Shown piece after piece: positions 48,413-57,660 of a stretch of DNA of 64,000 nucleotides. The notes below the pieces were generated by a model. That model ran no database searches. It was not told where the DNA came from and worked only from the letters and a program-made list of their open reading frames with translations. How positions within the stretch are numbered: position 1 is the stretch's first letter; each line of letters opens with the position of its first letter. The translations under genes and the position numbers were made by a program. This DNA is from an uncultured Eubacteriales bacterium (GTDB lineage: Bacteria; Bacillota; Clostridia; Oscillospirales; Oscillospiraceae): contig URDK01000004.1 of NCBI GenBank assembly GCA_900546485.1, positions 4,589 to 68,588 on the forward strand, in the 5' to 3' direction.

Positions 48413-48451
48413 TCATGCCGCGGCTCACTAACTGTAAACCGCGGCAAATAA

Positions 48452-48700
48452 TTACTCTGACGTATAAAACCTTGCTCTTCCCTCAAAAAGCTTGTTGAGC
48501 AGCTCGGCTTTGAGCCATGTAGCCAGGCGAAGCTGCTGCTCTGGGCTCAGCTCCTTTGTGTCGGTCAGTTTACCGTTCACGCGAACAAAGGATACAGAGT
48601 TGATCGACAATTGCTTTTTCAAGCAAATCACCACCCAGTATCTATGATATTGTTCGCATATACTGTAAATGACCAGGCAGTCAACTTTTGCAGCCCGCAA
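48452..48700 (-). CDS. Small hypothetical protein overlapping the 3' end of the upstream gene
   Basis: 82-aa ORF with coding-like composition. No recognisable family. Confidence 0.3.
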   Translation of the reverse strand: MRAAKVDCLVIYSICEQYHRYWVVICLKKQLSINSVSFVRVNGKLTDTKELSPEQQLRLATWLKAELLNKLFEGRARFYTSE

Positions 48701-49928
48701 TAAGCCGCTCCATGCGGCAAAGGGTAAGTCGGTTTCTTATGGCAGCTGATATGGACAGCACTTCCCTGCCCATTCCGCCGTCAATGCCCAGTTCTTCAAG
48801 GCTGTGCTTTGCGCCTATGGCTTTGAAAAGCGCCTCAAGCTCAGCAGCTGGCGGTATTTCATCGATGATCTGCCGGATTTCCGGCCATTTATCCCGAATG
48901 TTTTCCGGCGGGAATGTGCCCAGCACATCATTTTTGTTTTCTTCAAGCACACCGTCGGCAAGCTCTCCAAAGATATATCGTACCCAATTATCATCGAGCG
49001 GCTCGAAAGGAAGAATTTCTATACTTTCTTTTTCAGCTAATGCGTGGTACTCCTTCGCACATATCAGTGTACCTACGCCGACGCACTCACCGTGAATACC
49101 TTTGGCATTCTCAAAGCCCCGAGGTTTCATTTCAACAAGGTGTGCAATCAGATGCTCTGCCCCTGAAGCTGCCCGGCTGTGCGAAAGCATCTGCATGGTA
49201 AGGCCGGAAAGCATTTGTGCATATGCCATTGCCTCATAATCCGGCTCACAGCCATCGGCAAGCTCCTTTGCACAGCGTGTCATGAGGTCCAGCGATTCCT
49301 GCGCCATATCGCACACGCGCTCACAGAAGTATTCCCCGGACACGAGATTAGCGATTTTCCAGTCAGCAATGGAGATGTGCTTTGCCAAGATATCCTGCAC
49401 GCCGGCCAGTGTAAGAAAGCGCGGAGCACCGGAGACAACGTTGAGGTCACATACAACGGCATCAGGGGCCTGCATTGGTATTGAGCGCTTCTGGCCGTCA
49501 ATGATTATGGAGCATATATTGGCTGTGAAGCCATCAGCAGAAACGAGCGTTGGTACTGCAACAAAAGGAATTCCCAGTTTGTATGCTGAATACCGACCAA
49601 AATCCATCAGCGTCCCGCTGCCTACAACAACTATGTAGTCCGGAGTTCGTTCAAAGAGCTTCATCATATCTTCGATCATGCCCTTTTCACTGTGGAGGCC
49701 CTCAGCCTTCAGCACGATCTCCTGACCAGCACATATGTGCTTGACAGAGGGTAATGCATAAGTGTTCGTGTCGTATATGACAGTCCTGAAACCGGACAGG
49801 CCGCAGTCCGACATGTAGCTGTCGAAACTATCCATGGCTCCATACTCACAGACGACCAGCTTTGTCCTGAGTTCGTGGACACGACCGCAGGAGCAAGGGC
49901 CTGCGTATTTGGAAGTGTCAAGAATCAT
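48681..49928 (-). CDS. Iron-containing ADH / sn-glycerol-1-phosphate dehydrogenase (AraM/EgsA)-like NAD(P) dehydrogenase
   Basis: VVVGSGTLMDFGRYSA...PFVAVPTLVSADGF nucleotide/metal motifs of the DHQS-like superfamily. Confidence 0.6.
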   Translation of the reverse strand: MILDTSKYAGPCSCGRVHELRTKLVVCEYGAMDSFDSYMSDCGLSGFRTVIYDTNTYALPSVKHICAGQEIVLKAEGLHSEKGMIEDMMKLFERTPDYIVVVGSGTLMDFGRYSAYKLGIPFVAVPTLVSADGFTANICSIIIDGQKRSIPMQAPDAVVCDLNVVSGAPRFLTLAGVQDILAKHISIADWKIANLVSGEYFCERVCDMAQESLDLMTRCAKELADGCEPDYEAMAYAQMLSGLTMQMLSHSRAASGAEHLIAHLVEMKPRGFENAKGIHGECVGVGTLICAKEYHALAEKESIEILPFEPLDDNWVRYIFGELADGVLEENKNDVLGTFPPENIRDKWPEIRQIIDEIPPAAELEALFKAIGAKHSLEELGIDGGMGREVLSISAAIRNRLTLCRMERLIAGCKS

Positions 49929-49957
49929 TTTATGCTCTCCATTCGATGGAGGCGTGG

Positions 49958-50245
49958 TCATACGATGGGGTCTTCGTACCTCTGGGCCACGGCCTTACCT
50001 TCGTAGTATTTTTTGAGCGCCTTAAAATCCACAGCATAGTGCGGATATTCTAAGTGTTTTGCTGCAGCTTCACTGTCGCGGAAGGTTTCAAACAGAGTAA
50101 GCTCACGTTCTTCAGCATTCCAGAAGGCGGTGTATTCCAGACAGCCAGGTTCTTTTCTGGTTGCAAGTATACAGGGCTTTATGTCATTGAGGTACGCCTC
50201 TTCCATGCCTGCAAGTATTTTAAATTTTACAACGATTTTGACCAT
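49958..50245 (-). CDS. ABM-domain (antibiotic biosynthesis monooxygenase-like) protein
   Basis: 95 aa, ferredoxin-like ABM fold (FKALKKYYEG...). Confidence 0.55.
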   Translation of the reverse strand: MVKIVVKFKILAGMEEAYLNDIKPCILATRKEPGCLEYTAFWNAEERELTLFETFRDSEAAAKHLEYPHYAVDFKALKKYYEGKAVAQRYEDPIV

Positions 50246-50262
50246 ATTCCCTCCATCAGACG

Positions 50263-51615
50263 TCAGTCTTTCTCAAGACCGTTTCTGCGTATCACATCGG
50301 CATACCATTTTCCACTGTCTTTCATGATGCGGCGCTGGTCTTTATAATCTACATACACAAGGCCAAAGCGCTTTTTATAGCCCAGCGCCCATTCAAAGTT
50401 GTCAAACGATGACCAAACCATATATCCACGGACATCAGCTCCGTCGGATATAGCCCTGTGCAACGCGGATAGGTGGCTCTCAAGATAACGGATCCGTTTT
50501 TCGTCTCTTACCAGCTCGTTCCGAATTACCTCGTCATCAAAAGCAGCTCCGTTTTCTGTTACTATTATCGGCTTGCCATAGTCTTTCCAGCAACGCATCA
50601 CGGTATCATAAAAGCCGTCAGGACAAATCGGCCAATTCATGGCGGTGTATTGCAGATTTGTGGGTTTTATGGACTTGACCATGAGCGGCCAACGATCATC
50701 GCCGGCGCCTATGAAGTAGCTGTAATAGTAATTCAAGCCGAAGAAATCAGTGGGGGTAGATATAAGCTCCATGTCACCGGGCGCTATGTCCGGAAGAACT
50801 ACACCGTGATTTTTGTACCAGTCCTGCATATCCGACGGATAGCATCCCTTGTATACGGCATCCAGAAACCAGCGATTCCAGCATCCATCCCAGCGCCTGC
50901 AGGCTTTAACGTCCTCGGGATCTGCCGATATGGCATAATGATGCGGCAAATAGTTGGTTATTCCTATCTGGCCGGATGAACCAGAGGCGCGGAAGGCTCT
51001 GACCATCTTGCCGTGAGCCAACAGTAGATTGTGAGCAGACAGCAAGGCGGATGAGAAATCGTGGATACCTGGCGCATGCTTTCCATCCCAAAAACCGTGA
51101 TAGGAAATGATTTGAGGCTCGAGGATAGTTCCCCAATACGGTACTTCTTTCGGAAACGCCGCAAACACACGCTCGGCTAGTTCAGCCAGCCGGTCAGAGG
51201 TATCGCGGTTGAGCCATCCGCCCCTCTCCTGCAGCTTCTGAGGCAGGTCCCAGTGATAGAGCATTATGAACGGGGCCACACCGTTTTCCAGCATTGAATC
51301 GACAACGCGCCTGTAAAAATCCAGACCCTTTTGATTGAATTTGCCGTCACCGTCGGGAATTATCCTGGGCCATGAAATGGAGATACGTTGGGTATGAAGC
51401 CCCAACTCCCCCATTATCTTGGCATCCTCAGCATACCGGTGGTAGAAATCGCAGGCTACATCACCGGTATCTCCATTTTCAATGTTCCCCGGAGTGCGGC
51501 AGAATCTGTCCCATATGCTCTCGCCTTTTCCGTCCTCGTTCCAAGCTCCCTCCGACTGGTACGACGACGCAGATGCTCCCCACATAAAGTTTTCTGGAAA
51601 TATCAGTTTCGCCAT
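50263..51615 (-). CDS. GH1 beta-glucosidase / 6-phospho-beta-glucosidase
   Basis: FMWGASASSYQSEG, the catalytic TENG acid/base (IIVTENGAA) and nucleophile regions. 450 aa. Confidence 0.85.
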   Translation of the reverse strand: MAKLIFPENFMWGASASSYQSEGAWNEDGKGESIWDRFCRTPGNIENGDTGDVACDFYHRYAEDAKIMGELGLHTQRISISWPRIIPDGDGKFNQKGLDFYRRVVDSMLENGVAPFIMLYHWDLPQKLQERGGWLNRDTSDRLAELAERVFAAFPKEVPYWGTILEPQIISYHGFWDGKHAPGIHDFSSALLSAHNLLLAHGKMVRAFRASGSSGQIGITNYLPHHYAISADPEDVKACRRWDGCWNRWFLDAVYKGCYPSDMQDWYKNHGVVLPDIAPGDMELISTPTDFFGLNYYYSYFIGAGDDRWPLMVKSIKPTNLQYTAMNWPICPDGFYDTVMRCWKDYGKPIIVTENGAAFDDEVIRNELVRDEKRIRYLESHLSALHRAISDGADVRGYMVWSSFDNFEWALGYKKRFGLVYVDYKDQRRIMKDSGKWYADVIRRNGLEKD

Positions 51616-51631
51616 GCACGCCTCTCCTTCT

Positions 51632-52690
51632 TCAAAGGCTTATAGCGGTGCCAAGCCTGTCAGAATCGTATATAGCATTCAGCATACGCTGGACAGTCAG
51701 GCCGTCCTCTGCAGGTGAAATAGGTCTTTTACCCTCGAGAATGCAGTTTACAAAGTGAGCAGTTTCTCTTTCAAATGCGGGCTGCCAGCTGTCTTCCGGG
51801 ACGAGCACCGGCACAGTATCCGTGAGAAAGCCGTCTTCCTCCCCATACAGCTCCAGCGGGCGGAAACAAGCTCCGCCCTTGGTCCCGTAAATCTTGGAAA
51901 ACATTTTTTCCTCGCGACCGTTTATTGCCCAGCTTATGTCCACGCTCATCGAAGCACCGTTTTCAAAGCGAATAAGTGCAGATGCCGCTTCCTCATTGTC
52001 GAACACGCCATTCTTGGCGCCGGCCGCGGCCCAACCCTTTACGCTTCTTGTTTCATAGCTTCCTATATGTCTGTGCGTGACACCCGTAACCAAAACCGGC
52101 TTTGGGCGGCCCATTAGGTACCAAGTTAGGTCAATGACGTGAACCCCAATGTCAAGAACTGCGCCGCCTCCAGACTTGGACTTATCCGTGAACCATCCGC
52201 TCGGTGTGCCTCGGCGTCTTATCCAACCGCAGCGCGCATGATAAATATCGCCGAAACGTCCAGCTTCTCTCAGTTCGGAGAGCATAATGCTTTCCTGCCT
52301 GAAGCGGTTTACAAAGGCCATCATAAACGTTACGCCGTTCTCGTCGGCGGCTCGCTTCATGTTTTCGGCCTCCTGGACACTAATGGCCATAGGCTTTTCG
52401 CAAAGTATGTGTTTACCTGCCTTAGCTGCGGCCACTGCAAGGCTTTCGTGCGACACATTGCCTGTACATATGCTTATGCAGTCAATGTCAGCATCGCTGA
52501 GCACATCCTCGTATTTATCATACGCCTTAGGTATACCGAACCTGGTGCACAGGGCCTGAGCACGATCCAGGTGCCTGTCGAACACAGCGGCCACCTGAGC
52601 GTTTTCGCATTTCAGGAAGGCCGGAATCTGATTGTCTCTGGCCACTGTTCCAGCCCCGATTATGGCAACTCTTACCTTATTTTCTGTCAT
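51632..52690 (-). CDS. Gfo/Idh/MocA-family NAD(P)-dependent oxidoreductase (1 of 3)
   Basis: VRVAIIGAGTVA Rossmann fold and EKP motif. Confidence 0.8.
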   Translation of the reverse strand: MTENKVRVAIIGAGTVARDNQIPAFLKCENAQVAAVFDRHLDRAQALCTRFGIPKAYDKYEDVLSDADIDCISICTGNVSHESLAVAAAKAGKHILCEKPMAISVQEAENMKRAADENGVTFMMAFVNRFRQESIMLSELREAGRFGDIYHARCGWIRRRGTPSGWFTDKSKSGGGAVLDIGVHVIDLTWYLMGRPKPVLVTGVTHRHIGSYETRSVKGWAAAGAKNGVFDNEEAASALIRFENGASMSVDISWAINGREEKMFSKIYGTKGGACFRPLELYGEEDGFLTDTVPVLVPEDSWQPAFERETAHFVNCILEGKRPISPAEDGLTVQRMLNAIYDSDRLGTAISL

Positions 52691-52701
52691 TAGTGCCTCC
52701 A

Positions 52702-53727
52702 TCAGAGCACTTCGCTCATTTCAACTGGCCTGTCCTCTGCAATGGACTTGAGCGCGGCAAAGCTTACCGCGAGGCTGTTTAGATTATCAAATACAGTAGG
52801 AACGCAGCCTTCCTCACCAGACAGCTGACCTTTTATATCATGAAGCACACCGGCTCTGTCCTTCCCGGGGAAGGCAAAATCTTCGCACAGAGCGCCGTCA
52901 ACGCCTACGGACATGTCGAGGCGGTTCGGCTCGTCATTCTCCCACTTGACAGCGCCTTTGTCGGTCTGAAGTATCCAGTCACACTGATATCCGGTCGGGA
53001 AACCTATGGATTTCTCGGCAACGGAGTAGCTTGCCTTGAAGCCGTTTTCAAACTCTATAAGTGCAAAAGCGGCGCCCAGACCGTTTATATCACTCCACTC
53101 CGGATTCCAGCCTCTTGCGTATATGGATTTGACATTGGAACCGCTTATAAAGCGGAGCATATCAAAGTGATGAATAGCGACCTCCAGCATGAGGAGGCTG
53201 GTCTGCTCACGGCGCCAGTCCTTTCTCTGCCACGCAGTCTTTTCGCTGTTCTTTTCATTGGATATACCATGACGGAAAACAACATTAGCCCACGCCGGCT
53301 CGCCAATGCCGGTTTCTCCAAACGAGGCCTTCATCTGCCACAACTGGGGGCGGAAACGATAGTTTTGGCTTACCCACGCCCTTTCAGAACGTCCCTCCAT
53401 AAAGCCGCAGAACTCTTTTGCCTCCTCCAGATTGTCGCAGAGAGGCTTTTCAATAAGAACGTTCTTCCCCGCCAGGACGGCCTTTTTTGCATATTCCACA
53501 TGGAATTTGTGAGGAAGCGCAACAATGACCAGATCAGCTTCACATTTTAGCGCCTCATCATAGTCTGTGTAGCAAATCTCGTCCCGGATACCCCACTTTT
53601 CTTTTGCAGCTGCGAGACTTGCTCCACCTCGGCTGACAAGGGCAACAAGCTCACAGTCGGGCTCGTTGTGTATGTATTCCAGCCAACCTGCGGCCCAGCC
53701 GCTGCTTCCAACCTGAATTACTTTCAT
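52702..53727 (-). CDS. Gfo/Idh/MocA-family oxidoreductase (2 of 3)
   Basis: MKVIQVGSSGWAAGW and EKPL motifs. Confidence 0.75.
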   Translation of the reverse strand: MKVIQVGSSGWAAGWLEYIHNEPDCELVALVSRGGASLAAAKEKWGIRDEICYTDYDEALKCEADLVIVALPHKFHVEYAKKAVLAGKNVLIEKPLCDNLEEAKEFCGFMEGRSERAWVSQNYRFRPQLWQMKASFGETGIGEPAWANVVFRHGISNEKNSEKTAWQRKDWRREQTSLLMLEVAIHHFDMLRFISGSNVKSIYARGWNPEWSDINGLGAAFALIEFENGFKASYSVAEKSIGFPTGYQCDWILQTDKGAVKWENDEPNRLDMSVGVDGALCEDFAFPGKDRAGVLHDIKGQLSGEEGCVPTVFDNLNSLAVSFAALKSIAEDRPVEMSEVL

Positions 53728-53750
53728 ATGACTCTCCTTAACGCAGTTGC

Positions 53751-54866
53751 TCAATCCTCAAGCTGATCTAGGCCAATCGGAGTAAAGCTTGTCTTGAGCT
53801 CGATAGTCTTGCCTGTACGCATAGACTCAAAGCCCGCCTCAATTATTTCAATGACGTGGCAGGCCTGTTCCGCGGTGCCAAGCGGTGCCTTGTCTTCGCG
53901 TACATAGTCGATTAGCTCCATGACATCCCGGTAAACGAAGGGCTCGTGCATTTTGAGGTGTACCGGAGGAATGCTCTTTGCGGCCATGCCCATTATGGGA
54001 TTTTCAAAGAGTTGCTGGTCGTTGAATTTTCCCTTTTCTATTTTACCTTCAGTACCGTAGATTGAAGGAGACATCATATTCTCTCCGCCGGCAAGTGCTG
54101 AATAAAACATGCCGTAAACGTTGTCGCCGAAGTCGAGGAGAAAAGCAAAGTTATCTTCAACTTCACTTTCTATTATCTGCTCACCAAACTTGAACTCCTT
54201 CATAATCTGGCCGCCCATGCAAGACACGCGCTTTACAGGGCCAAGTATGCCGGTCATAGAAGTGAGACCATATACTGCGTGGTCGTACTGAGGTCCGCCG
54301 TCTGGCTTCTTGTAATACCAGGTGGGGACGAGCGGCTCCGAGCCATAGTTTTCCTGACGGTATCCTTCGCGGAGATGATACAGCAGAACTCCACGAACGC
54401 CACCGATGGCATAAGTCAGTCTGCCGAGCTTGTTTTCGAGAACCATGCGCCTGGAAATGCGGTTGATGGGCATGGCCATCATACCGGGCGAGGCCGTGAT
54501 CTTAACATTCATGCGCTTGGCTTCTTCTATAAGTTCGGCTGCCTCGGCGCTGGTCATGGACATGGTTTTGTTAAAGTGTACATGCTTTCCTGCGCGGATC
54601 GCCTTCATGCCCTGCTCATAGTGAAATCTGATGGGTGAGCAGATAGAAACCGCGTCGACATTGGGGTCGGCGAGCAGCTCGTCGTCGGTCATATACCAAT
54701 TCTTTATCCCGTACTGCTTTGCCATGGCCTCAGCTCGTCCGGGAACGGGGTCGCATACAGCGGCAAGATAGACCTTATCCGTGGAGTCCCCAAGTTCAAG
54801 GTGCTTGAATATAGAATTTATTGCTATTTCGCCCGAGCCTATGGCTCCAAGTCCCAACGGTTTCAC
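53751..54866 (-). CDS. Gfo/Idh/MocA-family oxidoreductase (3 of 3)
   Basis: GLGAIGSGEIA...AVCDP...HVHFNKTMSMT. Confidence 0.75.
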   Translation of the reverse strand: MKPLGLGAIGSGEIAINSIFKHLELGDSTDKVYLAAVCDPVPGRAEAMAKQYGIKNWYMTDDELLADPNVDAVSICSPIRFHYEQGMKAIRAGKHVHFNKTMSMTSAEAAELIEEAKRMNVKITASPGMMAMPINRISRRMVLENKLGRLTYAIGGVRGVLLYHLREGYRQENYGSEPLVPTWYYKKPDGGPQYDHAVYGLTSMTGILGPVKRVSCMGGQIMKEFKFGEQIIESEVEDNFAFLLDFGDNVYGMFYSALAGGENMMSPSIYGTEGKIEKGKFNDQQLFENPIMGMAAKSIPPVHLKMHEPFVYRDVMELIDYVREDKAPLGTAEQACHVIEIIEAGFESMRTGKTIELKTSFTPIGLDQLED

Positions 54867-54892
54867 AACTGCATCCTCCTATCTTTCTCTTG

Positions 54893-55888
54893 TCAAAAGC
54901 CCTCTACAATTTCCAGCATTTTGGCCACATACTGCCGTGAAATCTTCCTGTTGTATTCCACGCGGTCATCACGTTCCGCGTCATTGGTAGGCAGCTTGAA
55001 CGCCGGTTCCGCCAGCAGCGGCATTCCATGAGGAGTCGGAGCTTTCTCGATGATCGTTCTTAGTATACGTTCAAAATCGATGTATCCATCGCCCAGATAG
55101 CACCCAGTAGTCACCATTGGCATGTCCGGGTACAACTTGGTTCGCAGCGGATTGTCAACGACGGCAAAGTCCTTGAAATGAGCCGCAACAGCATATGGAG
55201 CTAGATACTCCAGATCCTCCATGGGGTCACAGCAAGCGACAGCACCGTTTCCAAAGTCATAAAGAGCCCGTATATTTTTAGAGCCAATGTCTTCGATTAT
55301 TGAGGCAATTTCTCGCCCATTGAAGTCACAGTGGTTTTCGTAAGCAAATACGAGTCCTGTTCCCTCAAGCATTTCCGCCATTATCTTTAGGTTTGCTGTT
55401 ATGAACTTTCTCTGCTCAGAAAATGGAAACGCCTTATTATAACGGCTGGTTGCCACATTGTTGTGACCGTAGCCTCCACACAAAAAACGGCTGTTAAGTG
55501 CAAGGGCCATTTTTATAGTCCTTTCCACACCTTTCGCAGCCACGGAGCTGTCCGGTGCGTCATCCGGCGCTGAAACTCCCATTGCAGCTCCCGCAGCTCC
55601 CCAGGAATCAACTCGCAGAGGGAGCCCGGCGAGGCCCCATACTGTGAACGGATATAGAAGCAGCTCAACATCGCGTTCTCTGGCTATTCCGGCCATCTCG
55701 CTTAATGTATCCGAGCTCAGCTCCTTTGGTATCATGTGCGGGAACAGTGAAACGGCGCGCGCTCCAAGTCTGGAGCATTCCTCCAGAGTCCATATATATG
55801 ACTCCATGCCGGCAGGAGTGCCGGCAGGAGGCATTAGGTTAAATGGTTGAAAACCGACTCTGAAATCATATGTATTTCCCATCGGCAC
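54893..55888 (-). CDS. Sugar phosphate isomerase/epimerase (xylose-isomerase-like TIM barrel)
   Basis: 331 aa TIM-barrel protein with the metal-ligand pattern typical of IolE/DgpB-like enzymes. Confidence 0.65.
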   Translation of the reverse strand: MPMGNTYDFRVGFQPFNLMPPAGTPAGMESYIWTLEECSRLGARAVSLFPHMIPKELSSDTLSEMAGIARERDVELLLYPFTVWGLAGLPLRVDSWGAAGAAMGVSAPDDAPDSSVAAKGVERTIKMALALNSRFLCGGYGHNNVATSRYNKAFPFSEQRKFITANLKIMAEMLEGTGLVFAYENHCDFNGREIASIIEDIGSKNIRALYDFGNGAVACCDPMEDLEYLAPYAVAAHFKDFAVVDNPLRTKLYPDMPMVTTGCYLGDGYIDFERILRTIIEKAPTPHGMPLLAEPAFKLPTNDAERDDRVEYNRKISRQYVAKMLEIVEGF

Positions 55889-55903
55889 ACCCCTTACCCT
55901 ATA

Positions 55904-56611
55904 TTACTTAAGGCCAAGGACTATCGGCGTGGATTTGAATCCGATACCCATTCTGTCAATGCCCATATCAATGAGCTTAAGGAATTTTTCTCTGTCGCGT
56001 ATTCCGCCGGCTCCCTTGATCTTGCAGCGGCCGTCGGCTGCCTCCATCATGGCCTCGATGACCTCGTAGGTGGCACCCTCATTCTTGCCGCCGGTAAAGA
56101 AGCCGGTGGAGGTTTTTACGAAGTCCGCGCCGGCCGCTATAGCAACTTCAGTGGCCTTCTTGACTTCATCAATAGTGAGCGCATCTACCTCGAAGATGAC
56201 CTTCACATTGGTGCCGTACTTGTGGCAGACATCGCAAACCGCCTTTATATCAGCCTGTACGTCATCCCACTTTCCGCTGCGAATCCAACCATAGTTGGCG
56301 ACAATGTCCAGATCCTCAATGTCGCCATCACGGCAAATGATTTCAGCCTGCATGACCTTTGATTCTGTGCTGGAAAGTCCAAAGGGGAAGTCACAGACCA
56401 CGCATATTCCGGTGTCGGTGCCCTTGGTCAGCTCTCTGGCAATTGGAAGCGACGCAGGATTGATGCACACCGTGGCGCAATGATAATCGATACCCTCCTG
56501 GATGTACTTCCTGATGTCGTCCTGAGTAAACTCAGGCTTGAGCACGGACTGGTCTATATACCTTCCGAGCTCTTCAACACTCATCTCACAGGCTTTTTTA
56601 GTAGGTTTCAT
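55904..56611 (-). CDS. DeoC/LacD-family class I aldolase (deoxyribose-phosphate aldolase-like)
   Basis: Schiff-base lysine context ADFVKTSTGF. The start could instead be 56647. Confidence 0.7.
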   Translation of the reverse strand: MKPTKKACEMSVEELGRYIDQSVLKPEFTQDDIRKYIQEGIDYHCATVCINPASLPIARELTKGTDTGICVVCDFPFGLSSTESKVMQAEIICRDGDIEDLDIVANYGWIRSGKWDDVQADIKAVCDVCHKYGTNVKVIFEVDALTIDEVKKATEVAIAAGADFVKTSTGFFTGGKNEGATYEVIEAMMEAADGRCKIKGAGGIRDREKFLKLIDMGIDRMGIGFKSTPIVLGLK

Positions 56612-56676
56612 ACTGAATCTCGGCGCTTTGCGCCTGGCTCCTTTCACAAAAGAAATATCGGTTAAGTTAAAGATGA

Positions 56677-57657
56677 TTATTTGTTGCCCTTTTTGCTCCT
56701 AACAACGTCGATATAAACCGCGATGAGGAGCAGCGCACCTTTGACAAGAGACTGAGCGTAGGTGTTCATGCTAAGGAGGTTCATGCCGTTGGCAAGTACG
56801 GAGAAGAACAGCATGCCGAGCAGAGTGCCGACAATGTTGCCTTTGCCGCCTGCGACGGAGAGACCACCTATGATGACGGCTGCGATAGCGTCCATATCAG
56901 CGCCGGAGCCCTGGTTCGGAACGGCGACATAGCCCTGAGCTATGTAGAGAATGGTTGCCAGACCGGCGCAGCCGCCGGAGATCATAAAGGCTACTGCCCT
57001 GGTCTTCTTAACATTGATACCGGACAGATACGCCGCTTCTTCGCTGCCGCCAACAGAAATAACGTTCCGTCCGAAGCGCGTATATTTCAATACAATACCT
57101 ATGACCACATAGACTATCGCCGCAATCACTATCATAGTGGGTATGCCAAGAATGTCGCCACGGCCTATCCATTTGATGAAGTCGTCGCTTATCTGGATCA
57201 TGTTGCCGTCCGAAACTATGTACGCAAGCGCGCGGAACACAAGCTGCGTGCCCAGCGTAGTGATGATTGGCGAGATGTGCATGTAGTTCATTACGAGGCC
57301 GTTGCAGATACCGCAGGCCACGCCAACGGCGACAGCGACCAGCAGGAGCACGGGCCCGGATACGCCGGCGTTGTAAGCCACACCGACGACCATGCCGCTG
57401 AAAGCCATTATTGACATCTGTGACAGGTCAAGTCCACCAAGCAGCATGGATACCGTCACGCCGGCCGCGATGATGCCGGATGCGGACATGTATACGCCAA
57501 TATTTTTTATGTTCGACGCCGACAGGAAGTAGGGCGACGCAAAAGACCAAACAATTGACAGAGCAATTACTGCTATCAGCACGCTGCCATATGAGTTGAA
57601 TGCGTTCTTGCCCGCTCCCTTAAGACGGGCGCCGAATCCATTTCCGGTGTTTTCCAT
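56677..57657 (-). CDS. Ribose-type (RbsC-like) ABC transporter permease
   Basis: 10-TM profile, family-2 monosaccharide permease. Confidence 0.8.
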   Translation of the reverse strand: MENTGNGFGARLKGAGKNAFNSYGSVLIAVIALSIVWSFASPYFLSASNIKNIGVYMSASGIIAAGVTVSMLLGGLDLSQMSIMAFSGMVVGVAYNAGVSGPVLLLVAVAVGVACGICNGLVMNYMHISPIITTLGTQLVFRALAYIVSDGNMIQISDDFIKWIGRGDILGIPTMIVIAAIVYVVIGIVLKYTRFGRNVISVGGSEEAAYLSGINVKKTRAVAFMISGGCAGLATILYIAQGYVAVPNQGSGADMDAIAAVIIGGLSVAGGKGNIVGTLLGMLFFSVLANGMNLLSMNTYAQSLVKGALLLIAVYIDVVRSKKGNK

Positions 57658-57660
57658 CTG

